Shown here piece after piece: positions 24,250 through 37,650 of a DNA stretch of 64,000 nucleotides. Every line of letters starts with the position of its first letter. Positions within the stretch are counted from its first letter, which is position 1. The DNA comes from Paraspadella gotoi. Its lineage: Eukaryota > Animalia > Chaetognatha. Location: positions 7,202,629-7,266,628 of the forward strand of contig CM119265.1 in the NCBI GenBank assembly GCA_051294375.1, in the 5' to 3' direction. A model generated the notes under the pieces. It ran no database searches, was not told the DNA's origin, and saw only the letters and a program-made list of their open reading frames with translations. The position numbers were made by a program, and so were the translations under genes.

Positions 24250-25986
24250 TATGTCCTCAGCTGCATAATGCGGTAAAAGAAAAAAATTCCGATGGAAACA
24301 AACAAATAGTAAAATAGTCAGAATGAGTCAAAAAAATCTTTCGAAAACATATATAAACAGAATTCGGAATCGAAGATTAGTACATTAGTACATTACTAAC
24401 AGAAGGCAACATCAACGACAGATAACAAGTTCGTTCCTTAAAGATATAATATGCTGAACGACAAATGCACTAAATTTTAAAATACAAAGTTAAATAACTC
24501 ATTGATGGTAACCGATCCAAGCAAGAGAGACAAGCCGCCGCCAGCCTCGTGCGCAAGATTTTTGCAAACAAATTCTCCAAACAAAGACGCCAGTTCCACG
24601 CAAACAAAAAACATCCCGAACCTTCAGCTTTATCCAATTAACCACCTGCTTTGCCTCCTTCGCCACCTGCTTTGCCACCTGCTTTTCCAACTCCCTTCTC
24701 CACTTCCTTCACTGTCAGCGCCACTCGCTTTGCGCCCCAACGCCACCTGCTTTGCGCGTAGTCGCTGACGTTTTTATCCCTGGCGGGTGGCGCAACCCCC
24801 GACACGTAGTCGAACAAATCTGTTGACGACCCCCCCAGGGCGGCGTCGTGCATCCCGACGCCCCGCCGCATCGCGTCACGAAGACGACGACGATGACGTA
24901 GTTAACCGGAAGAGGTCGTTGAAGTTAATCCAAGTTTCTATTTGAGCGACGAAGGATCGATGATCTTTTGTTTTCCTTCTTCGAGTTAAAATCCGCACGA
25001 TTTGAGACCAGAGCATAGCTTTGTTTGTTTAATTTTTTTTAATGAAACAATTTATGTTTAGTCTGAAGGCGAGTCTATTTAATTTTAGGTCCGTTTGAAT
25101 AAAAACATTTTTTTAATAAATTTGGTTGCGATTGTTTTGTTTTTTTGTTTTTTTTATTGATAAAATAAAGCATGCGATGGGGTTATGATTCGGAGCTGCG
25201 TGGGGGGGGGGAAACTGAATCAATTAAAAATGACATTAAGATTGTCGGGAAAATATCAACGTAATTTTTCATAATGAGTGACATTATAATGTCATATAGA
25301 CGTAATTATCTAAAATTTTGCAAATAATTACTAAATAACACATTATATATATATAGAACAAAAGAAAGTCTCATATAACCAATTAGCCATTGAATGTCCA
25401 AATCAGGGGCAAGAGAACTTATTTACGAAATGAATAGATAGTTTTTATATTGGTCGTACCAATTTCATAGAAAAACGACGTCGGACGACCCGAGAGAAGA
25501 GAAACATTATTGGCATCACCTGTTTCCATGGAAACTGGAAAGCATTTCACGAGGTTTTCGACGACGACGACGACGACGGCGAAAACGACGACGATAACTG
25601 CGACGATGATCACAACGATGCCAACATAGCGGACGACGACGATGACGACGACGACATGAGCATCGTGAAAACGCGCGCCACGAGCGCGCCAACAAAAGGG
25701 AAAAAACGACGACGACAACGACGACGACCACGAAACGAACGAAAACGACGGCAGCGCGAGGAACAATTATCCCTTTAGGGTAACGCGGGTTAAGTGAAAC
25801 TCGATTTGGAGCTGATTGATGAGGGAAGGACCATAGAGAAGACGACGAAGACGGCGACAAAAAAAGAGACGAAAATATCTCAAAAATGGCGGAAAATCAC
25901 TCGAGGGAGAGAAAAAATGCAGACATGGTTTGGGGCTGAGTTTAATTTAGAATTTTATTGTTTCGAGAGAGAGAAAAAATTTTTTT

Positions 25987-26049
<63 letters not shown>

Positions 26050-26599
26050 CGAGTTCTCTTTAAAAACATTATTTTCAAAATGACGCTAAAATTTTCGCCT
26101 CTCTTTTCTCCCAGGTGTTCCAATCAAAAATTCGTTTTCTTTTGCATTAATATTTTTTGTTGAGCGAAGTGAGTATCAAGATGCGTAGATTTGTTATCTT
26201 CACTCTTCCTCTTTCGATTCTTCAATATTTCCAGCACACCTGAGTCAAAAGTTGAAGTAAAATTTTCACTAAAAATTGTGACAGTCAGCCTTTCTTATTT
26301 TTTTTGTTGCAAAAAGAGAGTTTTATAAATAAACCTAGATTGGATAAAACGGTGTTTATTCATGTTAAATAATTTTTTACCCGTGACTGTTTAATTGTAT
26401 GAAAGAAGTCAATTACAAAACAATTTTAATGCAAATAACAAACAAACACTAAAATCGGTTAAAAGAAGGGTTAATTCAACTTAGCCAAAATAAGTATGAT
26501 ACATATGCAAGTAAATGGTCTTATGGTGCCCTACCTTCACACCAAATATGAACTTAAAATTAAATGATGAAGTATTACCGGATTTATAAACAACATTAA

Positions 26600-26697
26600 T
26601 GAAAGTAGGACAGACCGACAGACAGACAGACATACCGACCGACCGAAAAGAGACTTATAGAGTTGCTCCGCGAGTACTCTCGGGGCAACTAAAAAAC
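26600..26697 (-). mobile_element. 5' end of the same HINE-like family, with an intact 30-nt palindrome
   Basis: Near-perfect hairpin agttgctccgcgagt/actctcggggcaact (26661-26690) next to an A-run and a (CAGA/CCGA)n microsatellite. Confidence 0.6.
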
Positions 26698-27907
26698 TTC
26701 CGCCCAGATCCTTTCTCCATTTCCGCTCCATTTTTCCAGATCCACCCACCGGGTCCACCCTTCCATTTTTCTTCCTCTCCCGTCGCCTTCTCTTTATCTC
26801 GCCTCTTTTTCTCAATAAACGAGAAAAATGCGTCAGTTCCGGCGGAAATAGTCGTCGTCGTCGTCGTCGTCGTCGTTGTTGTACTTGTCCTCCCGTGTTT
26901 AGAGGCGCGCCCGTTTCTTCGGCGCCTGGCGAGTCTCTTGCTTCTCACTTTATTGAGCCTCGAGTCGAGCTTCATGCTTTTAACGTCGTTTTTATGATTT
27001 TCTCCCTCATTTTATGTTTCATTATTATTTTTTCGTTTTCTTTTCTTTTTTTTTTTTTAGTCGTGTGACCATCGGCGGCAAAGACATATTTTTAATTTTT
27101 TTTTGTCCGCGTTGAGTGATCTTTACAACCGAGCGGTAAGAGTTCTAGTTCTAGTGTCTCCGAGCAATAGCTAAATTTGAAAAGTAGATGAAAATAGTAC
27201 ATCCAAAATCAAGGGTAACAGTGGTAGACAGAAGTTTCATAGATATTATATTTAAAAGTCATTTTTTGTTAAGAAACAATCTATGATAAACAGTAAAAGG
27301 GAATTTATATTAAAATATTCATATATATATAAATATCTGATTACAACAAAAAGATTACAGATTTGAGCTGAATTGCGATTGACGTGAGCAAAGTCTTAAG
27401 AAATTTTCGATTTTAAGTTTTGCGATTCACGATTTCACATTTGAGATTACAACTTGAATTCTAAATTCGATGTACTTTCGTGAGTCGCTCCTTAATTCGG
27501 TTAAAATTCCTAAATGCGACGCGAAGGTCGTTTTTCGTTTGGGCGGGATGGGCGTGGCTCGTTTGGGGGAGGGGAAGTTAGGGAGAGGAAAGAGAAAAGA
27601 GTGGATGGTGAGGTATTACCTGAGATGTGACGTAAGAACTTAAATGCAGGATTCGTTTATTCGTCTATTTAAGGTGAATTTGATTTTAAAATAGGAAGAA
27701 GAAAAACTCAAAATATCGAATGAGATTTAATTCAAAATTAAGAATCAAGAGGAAAAAAAAATCTGGTAGGTATAATCCAAAACCATCGTAACATGCTATG
27801 AGAGTGTCGCAATTTTGAATTGATCTGTTAAGAAAAATATGTAAGTAAAAGCAATAAAAGGATTAAAAAAATTGTTTGAAATCGTGGTACAGAAACGTCC
27901 GTTCGCT

Positions 27908-27954
<47 letters not shown>

Positions 27955-28304
27955 CCCCTCGTCACCACGGCCGAATTCTATTTCTTCTCTTCTAACCCTC
28001 ACCTTCACCAAAAAAATTGGTTCCATTGCTAATTTTTTTTTCCGCGACTATTTTTAGAAAACAATTTCAGACAGCGACGCGATCATTTCCCCTTGAGTTC
28101 CTTTGTTCGTGGAGGGTTAACGCCCACATTTCCGAGTTCTTGACGTCGACACATTGAAGGTTCTCACTTCAGATTTTTCACTTCAGGTTTTTCACTTCTG
28201 GTTTTTGCTTCCAGCGACACTTTTCGTTGTCTCTCGGGACGGAGTCGCTTCGGGCGTCTGGAAAACAACAAGTTGGCGCATCCATCAAAGAAGGGAGAGA
28301 GAGA

Positions 28305-28466
<162 letters not shown>

Positions 28467-30398
28467 AAAAAAATACTGAAAAAGCAGTTACGTTCGAGAG
28501 AGAGACCGTCATATTTTTTGTTTGACAGAAAAAAAAAAACTCAAAAATCCCGTTGAGTCTCATTTTTTTGGTTCAGTTTTCGTTTTTCCAGTTTCCACGG
28601 ATGGAACCGCGGCCATTTTTCCTCCGCCTCCTCCTCCCGTTAACAAAGGAACCGCGTCAAAAGATCCGGTGATGGAACCAGAGCAACATAATGGATGCCA
28701 TCGTCCGCCGTTGTTGTGGACAACCAATCTCGTCTCTCTGCAATGTTTGGATTGCAACTGCTAATACACGATAGGAAATAAAAAAGATTTAAAGAGAATG
28801 TCAATAGATAAGTGAACAATTTAAAAAATCGATATTTTCTTTCCAGATGAGAATTAAAAAAATACTGTACAAATAACTAACTCCCTCGGCATCTCATTCG
28901 CCCATTTGTTTTCGAAAAAAAATTAAGGGAAAAACTTTTTTGTTTGGCTCAGTAGATAATGAACTTGTTCAGCTAAACGCTTTTAGTAGATTATTCGGTG
29001 GTATAATTTATGACCTATGCCATCAGCAACGACGTCTACCATGAGCAGAATGAACCCTGTTTGCTTGATAGGATCCTAAGGGCCACCGCTTTGGTAAACA
29101 TTTCCAGGATAAAGGTAAGGAGAGTTGGCGTGAAATGACGGAGTGTCGTCACCCTGATAACTTGACTGGACAGACGACGCGGTCTTTTGTTTATAAAAGA
29201 CAAAAGATCATCGAGACAATTAGTTTCATTTATGATGGCTCTGAAGGCGACGTGTAGGAGTCGTGACTTTCGTAATAGTTTTTATTTTAACGCTCTCGAT
29301 CTACAAATATGAACAAGGAGGAGTGGATAAAAATTGACTTAAGGTTAACAATAATAATATAATAGAATAACCGAAAGACTTATTCATTAGATAATAGATA
29401 TACCTCAGCTCAGGCTTAAAGCTTTAAGAAATATCCAATGTCCTTTCCCTTATTTTCGCATTTTCTTCCTTTTTCCCAATCTCCGCATTTTTTTCCCCTA
29501 AATCATATTTCGCTTTAATTCTCGATTTATTGTAGCCATTGAAAAAATCCATCAAACCGTTAAAAGGTGCTAAGCCGCAGTTTCACCAAAAAAAAAGTCG
29601 GTAGAAAGAAAGGAAGCAAAGAATCAAAAAAGAATAAAAGCAGGTTTGCTCTCCTTTGCTTCTTTTTTTCTTCCTTTGTCCGAGTCTCCCAGAGACGAAT
29701 GATCTTGGGCTAATATTGCCAGCGAATTTGCGAGTCGTGACCAAAAGCGACCGAGAGAGAAAAAGATTTTATGTGGAATTCGCAGTGAAATATCGAGGCT
29801 TACGAGCTGCCGAGACTTTTTTTGGCAGCCTTAGCTTTGAACTGGTTTTTTTTTTTTGGTTTTTTTTTATTTTATTCAGGTACGGCTTTCTGCGGTATCG
29901 ACGACGACGACAATGACGACGACGACAAAAATGGAATCTTGTCCACAATCTACGAAAAAAAAGTTTTGGGGGGAAAATCGTCGTAAATCTTCCTCGCTCG
30001 ACCTTGGCGACGACAGCGACCAAGATGGCGATCTCTGACGGCGACGTCGCCGTTGGCTTACGAGCGCCATCTGTCGAATGTCCATCGCGTTCAGTTTCAC
30101 GCGAATTCGGCTGATGATGGCGCCGGAACTCAGCCTCCCATCAACCAAATTGGCTAAGCGCCAATATATATATTTAACGCGTCATTTGACCTTTTTTTTT
30201 ATAACATTCAAATTTTCATTCAAATTTAGTATTTGTGTTTCTCTCGCTTCAACCTTATCTGGAATTTAATTTTCCCTTACAATTCCAACCATTTTTAATT
30301 GAAAAAGGCCATTTGGGCTCTGCGGACTCGTTCCAGCTAATTACGCCTCCTCAAATTTAATGGACACCCGGAGAGCTTCGCCAGATTTTTAGTAGCGG

Positions 30399-30484
30399 CT
30401 TTCTGTCCCTCAGTGCGTCTTTCTGTCCCCCAGACGGTCTTTCTGTCCCCCAGACGGTCTTTCTGTCCCTCAGACGGTCTTTCT
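30399..30484. repeat. 20-bp minisatellite (ctttctgtccc[c/t]cagacggt), ~4.3 copies
   Basis: Direct tandem units seen in the sequence. Confidence 0.9.
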
Positions 30485-32622
30485 CTCACTGTTTCTAGTA
30501 TCTATTTCTCTGTCTGGCCGTCAGTCTGTCGATCTGTTTGTCTCTGTGACTTCGCTTCGAATATGTATTATTTTGAAAAGTAATTAAAACTAACTGTTCT
30601 ACTAAATACGTCATGCAGATATATCCATTTTCTATCAGTAAATCTGTAAAAAAGTTGATCAGAAAATATTTTTTCTATAGAACGTATTCCTCCACCAGAC
30701 GCTGAGTCCGAGTGCCCCGACAACACAATATTTTTTTGGGGGTTTTTAAAAAAAATTTATGGGGGAATTCAAATTTAAATCGTTTTTTTTTTTCGAAATT
30801 GCTTTCGGTGATAAAAAAAAATTGCGACCGATTCATGGAAATGGGGCAGTGTGGGCATTGAAGGAAGGAAAGAGGGAGGATGCGAAATCTTTGAGAGATT
30901 TTGATAAAGGAAACTAGACAAGGGTTGTATGGTTAAAAGAGAAAGACGGAGAAAACAATATGTTGTCATCGGCGGCGGCGGCGGCGGAAAAGCGCACCAG
31001 GTGTTGAGCACGTCGGATATTTCGATCATGCCGTGTTCGCACTGTTCATTGAGCACTGATCGGTGTTTACTGTTGTGGTTTACTCCCATGAAACAAAAAA
31101 AAAAATTCTTACTGGCCAGTGGCTAGCGGCCAGTGGCCATATAGAGAGACCAAAGATACGTAGCACCTAGATAATGATAATGAAGATGACAATCAGGACC
31201 TCGACAAGTGAGTATTTTAAGCAACCTTGACGGCGAAACATAATGACTAAAAATATCAACAATGCAGATGACGGGTCTCTTCCTCCCCGTCTCTTTTTAT
31301 AAAGAACAACATCAACATCTTCAAAACAACAACAAGAACAACAACAACAACAATAACAAAAAAAGAAAAACACGGAAAAACAATGACATCACAAATGATT
31401 TCAAGGGTAAAGAACTGGTTGCAAAAAAGAAAACGATAACTTAATCGGTTCTCCTTAGTATTTTTAAAAAAAATTTAACTCATTTATTTTGTGACTTCAC
31501 ATCAGGGGAAATTTTAATTGTAAATTAAATCAATGAATGAGAATGGGATAATATAAACCGACTGGAAATGCGATTAAAACATCGACTGAGAAAAACATCA
31601 GCGTCGCGACTGAGATGAGGATAACGAGATGAAGATGGAAAGAGTAAAGACGACGACGACGACGACGACGACGACTTCAACTGGTTCAAGGTTTAATGCT
31701 TCTTTTTTTTTTAAATTCGCGTTTCGTTGGCATTAGCATAAACTCTTGCCTCTTGATTTAAAATCCAGTACGAGGCTCCGGACGATTCGAAAACGAGGCT
31801 CTCAGATCGGCCAAGGCCTCAGCGCGTGACTCTGAATGATATCGCGTCAATCACCATAAATTATGGCGAAATAGAACCGTTTAATATTTTATGTTTTGAT
31901 AGTACATATAATATAACGCCGTTTGTTCCGCGGCTTAAGGTCAATATCACCACAGATTTTCTCGAGACTTGGTGAGCTCAATATTCCAGTCGATTATCGA
32001 TTCCAACCTTTCTCAACACCACGATACTCCTTCCCAACCCTCACTCCACTCCACCGCTTCTCAACCCTACTCCACTCCTTCCACACCCCACTCCTTCGCC
32101 CCTTCAATCTTTGGATCTTTCCGAGTTACGTCTTCGTGATTCTGGATTTTCGTTGTGAATTTCAATTTGGCTTCGACAACATTCTTTGGCCAACTCATTC
32201 TCTCTTTATTATCTCTCCCTCTCTCTCACCCTCTTTCTCTCTCTCATTCTTTACTCGCTCTCCCTCATTTTTCCCCCTCAATCGAATGAGAGCAAGGACA
32301 CGATTCGCGATCTCCGCCGCTCATTTTCTCATTTTTTTAAAATAGTAAATCTCATTTCCTAATCTTTCCAACGTGTTAGCCATTTATATCCTCCTTTCAT
32401 GCTGTCTTTATATAATCCTTTTTATATTTTCTGTCCTTTTTTTTTTCTCCCTCTTTCCCTCCTTTTTTATTTTATTTTATTAACTTTCAATCGATATCAA
32501 AAAACGTCTAGAAAATCCAACAGAAACTATTGTAATTAAAGCTTTTTGCATAAAATGTCAAAATTCTTCGCGCCGCTTCCTTACAAAATTTTTGGAAGTT
32601 TTGGTAAAAATCAAGAGGAAGG

Positions 32623-32862
32623 ATTGTGACTTCTGACCTTTGGCCGCGCAGGTTTTCTGACTGCAATCCCCCTGATTGATGAAAATGTAGGATACAGATT
32701 ACAGAAGCAGAATGTCCCACGCATCCTAGAACTGTCAACCTTCTGACACCAACAATAGTGTTATAAATAACAGCATTCCCAACTGGCGCGGACCCAAAGG
32801 CATATGCCGCCTTCTCTGAGCATTTAAAGAAGGTCATGGTTGCTGAATATGAATCTTTTTAA
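32623..32862 (+). mobile_element. Tc1/mariner-superfamily transposase C-terminal remnant (pseudogenised)
   Basis: Plus-strand frame IVTSDLWPRRFSDCNPPD**...HPRTVNLL...KAYAAFSEHLKKVMVAEYESF* resembles the WPPxSPDxNPLD ... KACxxFxxRLxxVxxAEG C-terminus of maT/mariner-like transposases. Three internal stops. Confidence 0.6.
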
Positions 32863-33202
32863 TTGATTGTGATGTCAATTTGTCATTACAACTTTTTACA
32901 AGTGTACCAATTTTCATTCAATTTTTGATTTATTTTCCCGTCCAAACGATGTTTTTAAGTTAGTCCTTTATTTGCTTCTCTGTCCTTTTTTTTCACTATC
33001 TTCATTTTTTCCCTTTTTCTCCTTCCCTCCCTCCTTTTGCTTCTTCGCTTTTCAACGGAACAAAATCCTGGACGTGATGAAGGAACATCATCGCCCGAAG
33101 GCCATTTAGCCGGAGAGAGAGAGTGAGATATAAAGAGAGAGGGAGAGAGGGAGAGCGAGAGAGAGAGAGAGGGAAAAGAAGAAGAGTGAGAGATGAGGTA
33201 AG

Positions 33203-33244
<42 letters not shown>

Positions 33245-33245
33245 T

Positions 33246-33280
<35 letters not shown>

Positions 33281-35256
33281 GAGAGAGAGAGAGAGGACAA
33301 GCGTGTGTGGGTTTATCGAAGCGAGGCGTTTGTTGATTGTTCTTTTGTTGAAGCGACCCAACCTAAAGGTCGATGTGAGCCATGCCTATGGAAGTTTTTT
33401 TGCTTCTGCTCATTTGACTTTACGAGTGAAATAAAACCGATTCATAATTAATTATAGTTCACACGGATATCCCAGAAGCGGTTTTAAAACCGAATTGGCT
33501 CGGAGGCGACGTTGGAAAAAAAGTTACGTACAAGATGGCGCCCGTGGTGGCGATTAAAACGCGAATTTTTTGGGAACTTACGTTTTTGTTAATTCGCTCC
33601 GTCTACGAAAGAGAGGAAGAAAAAATTGTAATGTGAAGCATTAACGAGACGAAGTTTCAGATCAAGAATTATTGTCTTCTACAACACTAACAAAGAGATA
33701 ACTACGTCCGACTACATATTTAGAGGACAAGTACTTTAAATGTTGAAACCGGTTGAGAAGAGAGAGATATATATATAAAGAAATAGAGAGAGTGAGAGCG
33801 CGATTCTTGACAGGGCTTGGAAGGTTGAGACTTCGCGGTGACACAAACCGATTATTATTTCCGAACGTCCTGATTAACAGCAAAAAAGAAAAGACAAAAA
33901 ACAACTAAGAACAGTTTCCGAGTCAAACCGGCAGCAATCAGGGGCGATCAGCGACGACAAATGTTTCTGATTGCCACAGACGGCGTCCCGCCTCGCGATG
34001 ACAAGACTCATTTTTTTCTCATTTTTATTTCATCTCGAATTCATTTCACCTTTTTTTCTCTCTCTCGAGCTTTCGGTTAAATTTGCTTAAGGAGACCCAG
34101 TGATAAAAATGATATCATCAGTTGACACTTTTTTCCCTGATTGCCTCTTTTTTATTTATTTTTTTATATATTTTTTTTTAAATAATAATAAACTTTAATG
34201 ACTATTATTATAACAGTTTAAAATTTAGTAAAAATATAAAGTTTTTTATACTTATATTATTCAATTAATTTTTGAAGGCGCTGATGAAGATTCGAAAACA
34301 AAACATGCCCATTTCTTAAGGTTAATAAAAAATCATTGTTTCTGCTAATAAAAACTTTCATTTTTTCAGTTAATAATTAAAAAAATGTTTATCAAGCTAT
34401 AACTATAGCTGCTAGCTATTAATAATTAGTTACAGATAAAAATTTCAAATAATTTTAAAATTAAATCTTACTACTTTTAAAAAAAAATTAAATTTAAAAA
34501 AAAATTTTATTCAATTTTAAAAAAAATTAGATGAGATGATCAATATAAAATTTTTTAATTACTTTCTTAATTAACCTCAAAAAATTTTAGTCAGTACCGG
34601 CGTAATTTAAAAAACCAAATGCTATGCTTTCAGCTTTTTACCACCCTGGTCAGTTGGTCCCCTTAAGCAAAAGTAAAAAATATTTCCTTCGAGAAAAAAG
34701 ATCGCTTAGAGGCTCAATGTTATAGAAAGTGGAAGAGAAAATGGATTAGAAAAAGAGAAGGAAGAAGTGCGAGAAAGAGAGAGAGCGAGAGAGAGAGAGA
34801 GAGAGAGACGTAATAGTAAAATGGAAGCCAAATTTACTTGAGACGACCTGGTTTGGCGCAAGAGAAATTGGAAATCTTTCCAAAAACGGGTTATAGGGTT
34901 AAAAGAAAATAATCGCTTAGCTTTTGACAATAGGAACAGATTAAGAAAGATCAAAGAAAGAAAAAGAAAAAATAGACTTTTAATTTCCTAGTTTAAGCTT
35001 ATATAACATAAAAGGACGGTTATGGTTTTATATGAAAAGGATGGAATAGCCAAAGAGTGAGTACTGAGTAACTGCCATGAGACAAATGAAGAAAGGATGA
35101 TATATGAAGAAAATCAGTCGTGCGATAAGAAAGAGAAAGAGCTCTGTCGAAAGAGAGAGAGAAGAAAGGGCAAAATTAGGCTTTAGCATGGGCGTTTAGT
35201 TAAAAAATGTTATTGCATTTCCTCTTTCCTCTCTCCACTACATCTCTCTATCTTAA

Positions 35257-35316
<60 letters not shown>

Positions 35317-35773
35317 ATAAGAAGCTCAGGTTGTGTGATGCGTGAATCGAAGTTTGAGTGAGCGTGAACCAATATGGCTTCGGAGGTGAAACTCGAGGCG
35401 CCAAAAAAAGAAAAAAAAAAGAAAAAAAAAAGAAAATAAAGAGAGAACTCCAAGATAATCATGTTGTGGGTTTCTTTCTGTTTTTAAATTATTCATGATT
35501 CACCAGTTATTTTTTTTAAGAAAAGAAAAAAGAAAAATAGATTATTATCGGTTTCTTAAAAATAAGAATTGATAAACTTTGCCATCGGATCGGAAAACGT
35601 CGAGAAACGTGATAAAGAAAGAGAAAGCTTGGTGCTTTCAGAAGTGGAGGGAAAACTTGTTTTTGTGACGAGAGAAGAGCAAGCTTTCAATGTTAGAAGG
35701 GGAGAAAATGCTTGGTGTTGTGAGTAGGGAAGAGAAACGCGAGGAGATAATGCTTGGTCGTTGGCACCGAATG

Positions 35774-36110
35774 TTTTTTAATTGTTTTTTGGTCGTTCTG
35801 TCAGTGGGTCGGTCTGTCTGTCGGTATGTCTGTCCGTCGGTCTGTCCCACTTATGTTTAAAATGCACATAATTTGCCTATATAAGTTGCTCGTTTGTTAA
35901 GACAAAAAAAACCTCAAATCTAACGGACTGCTAGCGCCGCCTTGAGGAAATCCTAAAACTATAAAGAATAAAAGGCGTGATTCCGATGCAGTGAGTGTCA
36001 TAAATACACAGGCTAGTTAGAAAGTTATTGTACTCATGTCATGTCGCGTCATGTCACGTGAAAATAAAGTCACGGCGGTCCAACACATTGGATGAACCGA
36101 TCTTGTTTTT
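35774..36110 (+). mobile_element. Non-autonomous Helentron/DINE-1-like (HINE) element
   Basis: T-run start, GTCK microsatellite, body shared with 61674-62030 (inverted) and 20373-20536, end ...caacacattggatgaaccgatcttgTTTTT. Confidence 0.65.
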
Positions 36111-37072
36111 TACTGATCGGGTTTCGTCAGTGAAATTTTTTTCTTGGTCAGACATTGGAATCGAATCGTCAGGGCGAGAGAGGAAGGAGTCGGACTGGGT
36201 GAGTAAGTCACTGTTATCACGGGGTGAATAAGGACACTAGGGAGAGGACGATTGAGAAAGGTAAGGTATTGTGATCTCTTTTTTATGTATATTTTTTAGG
36301 AGGAAGCCCAATAAAACGCCCTCCAATCTATCTACTACTTCCATAAAGGTTACTAGAATTCGGCTATCAGCTCTTAAAAAAAAGTAGCCAGTAAAAGTAT
36401 ATTTATTTATAGAATGCTTGTATACAAGACGTACAATTATATCAAAACGATCGTAAAACAGAAAGATTTAAAACAATCACGAAGGCGTCCAGGGCAAAGC
36501 CCTCATTCATAAGATATAAAGGCCAGAAAAAGTAAAGCAGGCAAGAAGGCAGGCACGCTGACAGGCACGCTGACAGGCACGCAGACACACAGTCTGGCAC
36601 GCAGGCACGCAGGCGCCCCACACGCTCGTGACGCGTACTCGTGACAAACGAGACGCGTGATCTCAGGATCGAGTTTTTTTTTTTTTTCAATTTTTTTTGT
36701 CGTCGTCTTAGTTAGAATTCTCCCACTTTCACCCCGATTTCCGGCCATATTTTCCCAAAAAGCCCCATTTCAACGTAAATTTAGAATTAAGTTAGTTTGT
36801 TGGTTTAAAATAAGTTAGGGTTTAGGGTTAAAGATTAGTATCAAGGATTAAGTTATAGGATTGGGTTAAGAATTTGGTAAAAAATTAGGGTTAAGAAATA
36901 GGTGTTAAAATCAAGTTCAAGGATTAAACTTAAAGAACAAAAAATGGAAGCTTCCGTTAAATTGTGAAGGATTTCCTTCCTTTCCATTTTTATCTTTGTT
37001 TATTTCTTCCCCTTAATTCCTCTCATTTATTTTTTTTTGGTTCTCTGCTACTAGAACTATGTTCCACAATCT

Positions 37073-37086
37073 TTCTCTCTCTCTCA

Positions 37087-37122
<36 letters not shown>

Positions 37123-37129
37123 CATCTCT

Positions 37130-37222
<93 letters not shown>

Positions 37223-37234
37223 CTCTTTCTTTCT

Positions 37235-37324
<90 letters not shown>

Positions 37325-37355
37325 TTTCTCTCTCTCTCCCTCCCTCTCATCTTTT

Positions 37356-37432
<77 letters not shown>
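37073..37432. repeat. Long interrupted (TC)n tract
   Basis: About 360 bp of almost pure pyrimidines. Confidence 0.97.
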
Positions 37433-37435
<3 letters not shown>

Positions 37436-37607
37436 CTCGATCCATTTAACCCTTTTTTCCCCGACCTCCTTTTCTCCTTTCTTTTCCTTTACCTTTTTTC
37501 CCTTTCTCTCCTTAACGACCAGAACCAACAATTACTTTTCTCGCCCAAACAAAGTTCGGTTCGAACGAAGCGTTCTCTGCGGTCAACACGGCCTTTGTGT
37601 TTCAAAA

Positions 37608-37650
37608 AGTCTCTTCGGAGGCGTGGGTTCGAATCTCACCGCTGCCACCA
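37608..37650 (+). pseudogene. tRNA-Leu 3'-half pseudogene ending in CCA
   Basis: AGTCTCTTCGGAGGCGTGGGTTCGAATCTCACCGCTGCCA-CCA matches the variable arm, T arm and acceptor 3' strand of metazoan tRNA-Leu(AAG/TAG) with one mismatch. The 5' half is absent or unrecognisable. Confidence 0.8.

Noticed and set aside
24499-24871. Two overlapping minus-strand ORFs that look like a frameshifted gene
   Set aside because: No recognisable domain or splice structure, and the repeated peptides arise from the GCAGGTGG motif cluster.
28560-30160. Several short protein-like frames (28560-28764, 29010-29114, 29876-30158)
   Set aside because: Multiple frames are open, with no homology and no consistent exon chain.
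34281-34310. CTGATGA...GAAA hammerhead-like core (also at ~8335)
   Set aside because: No stem III or cleavage triplet and no stem I pairing.
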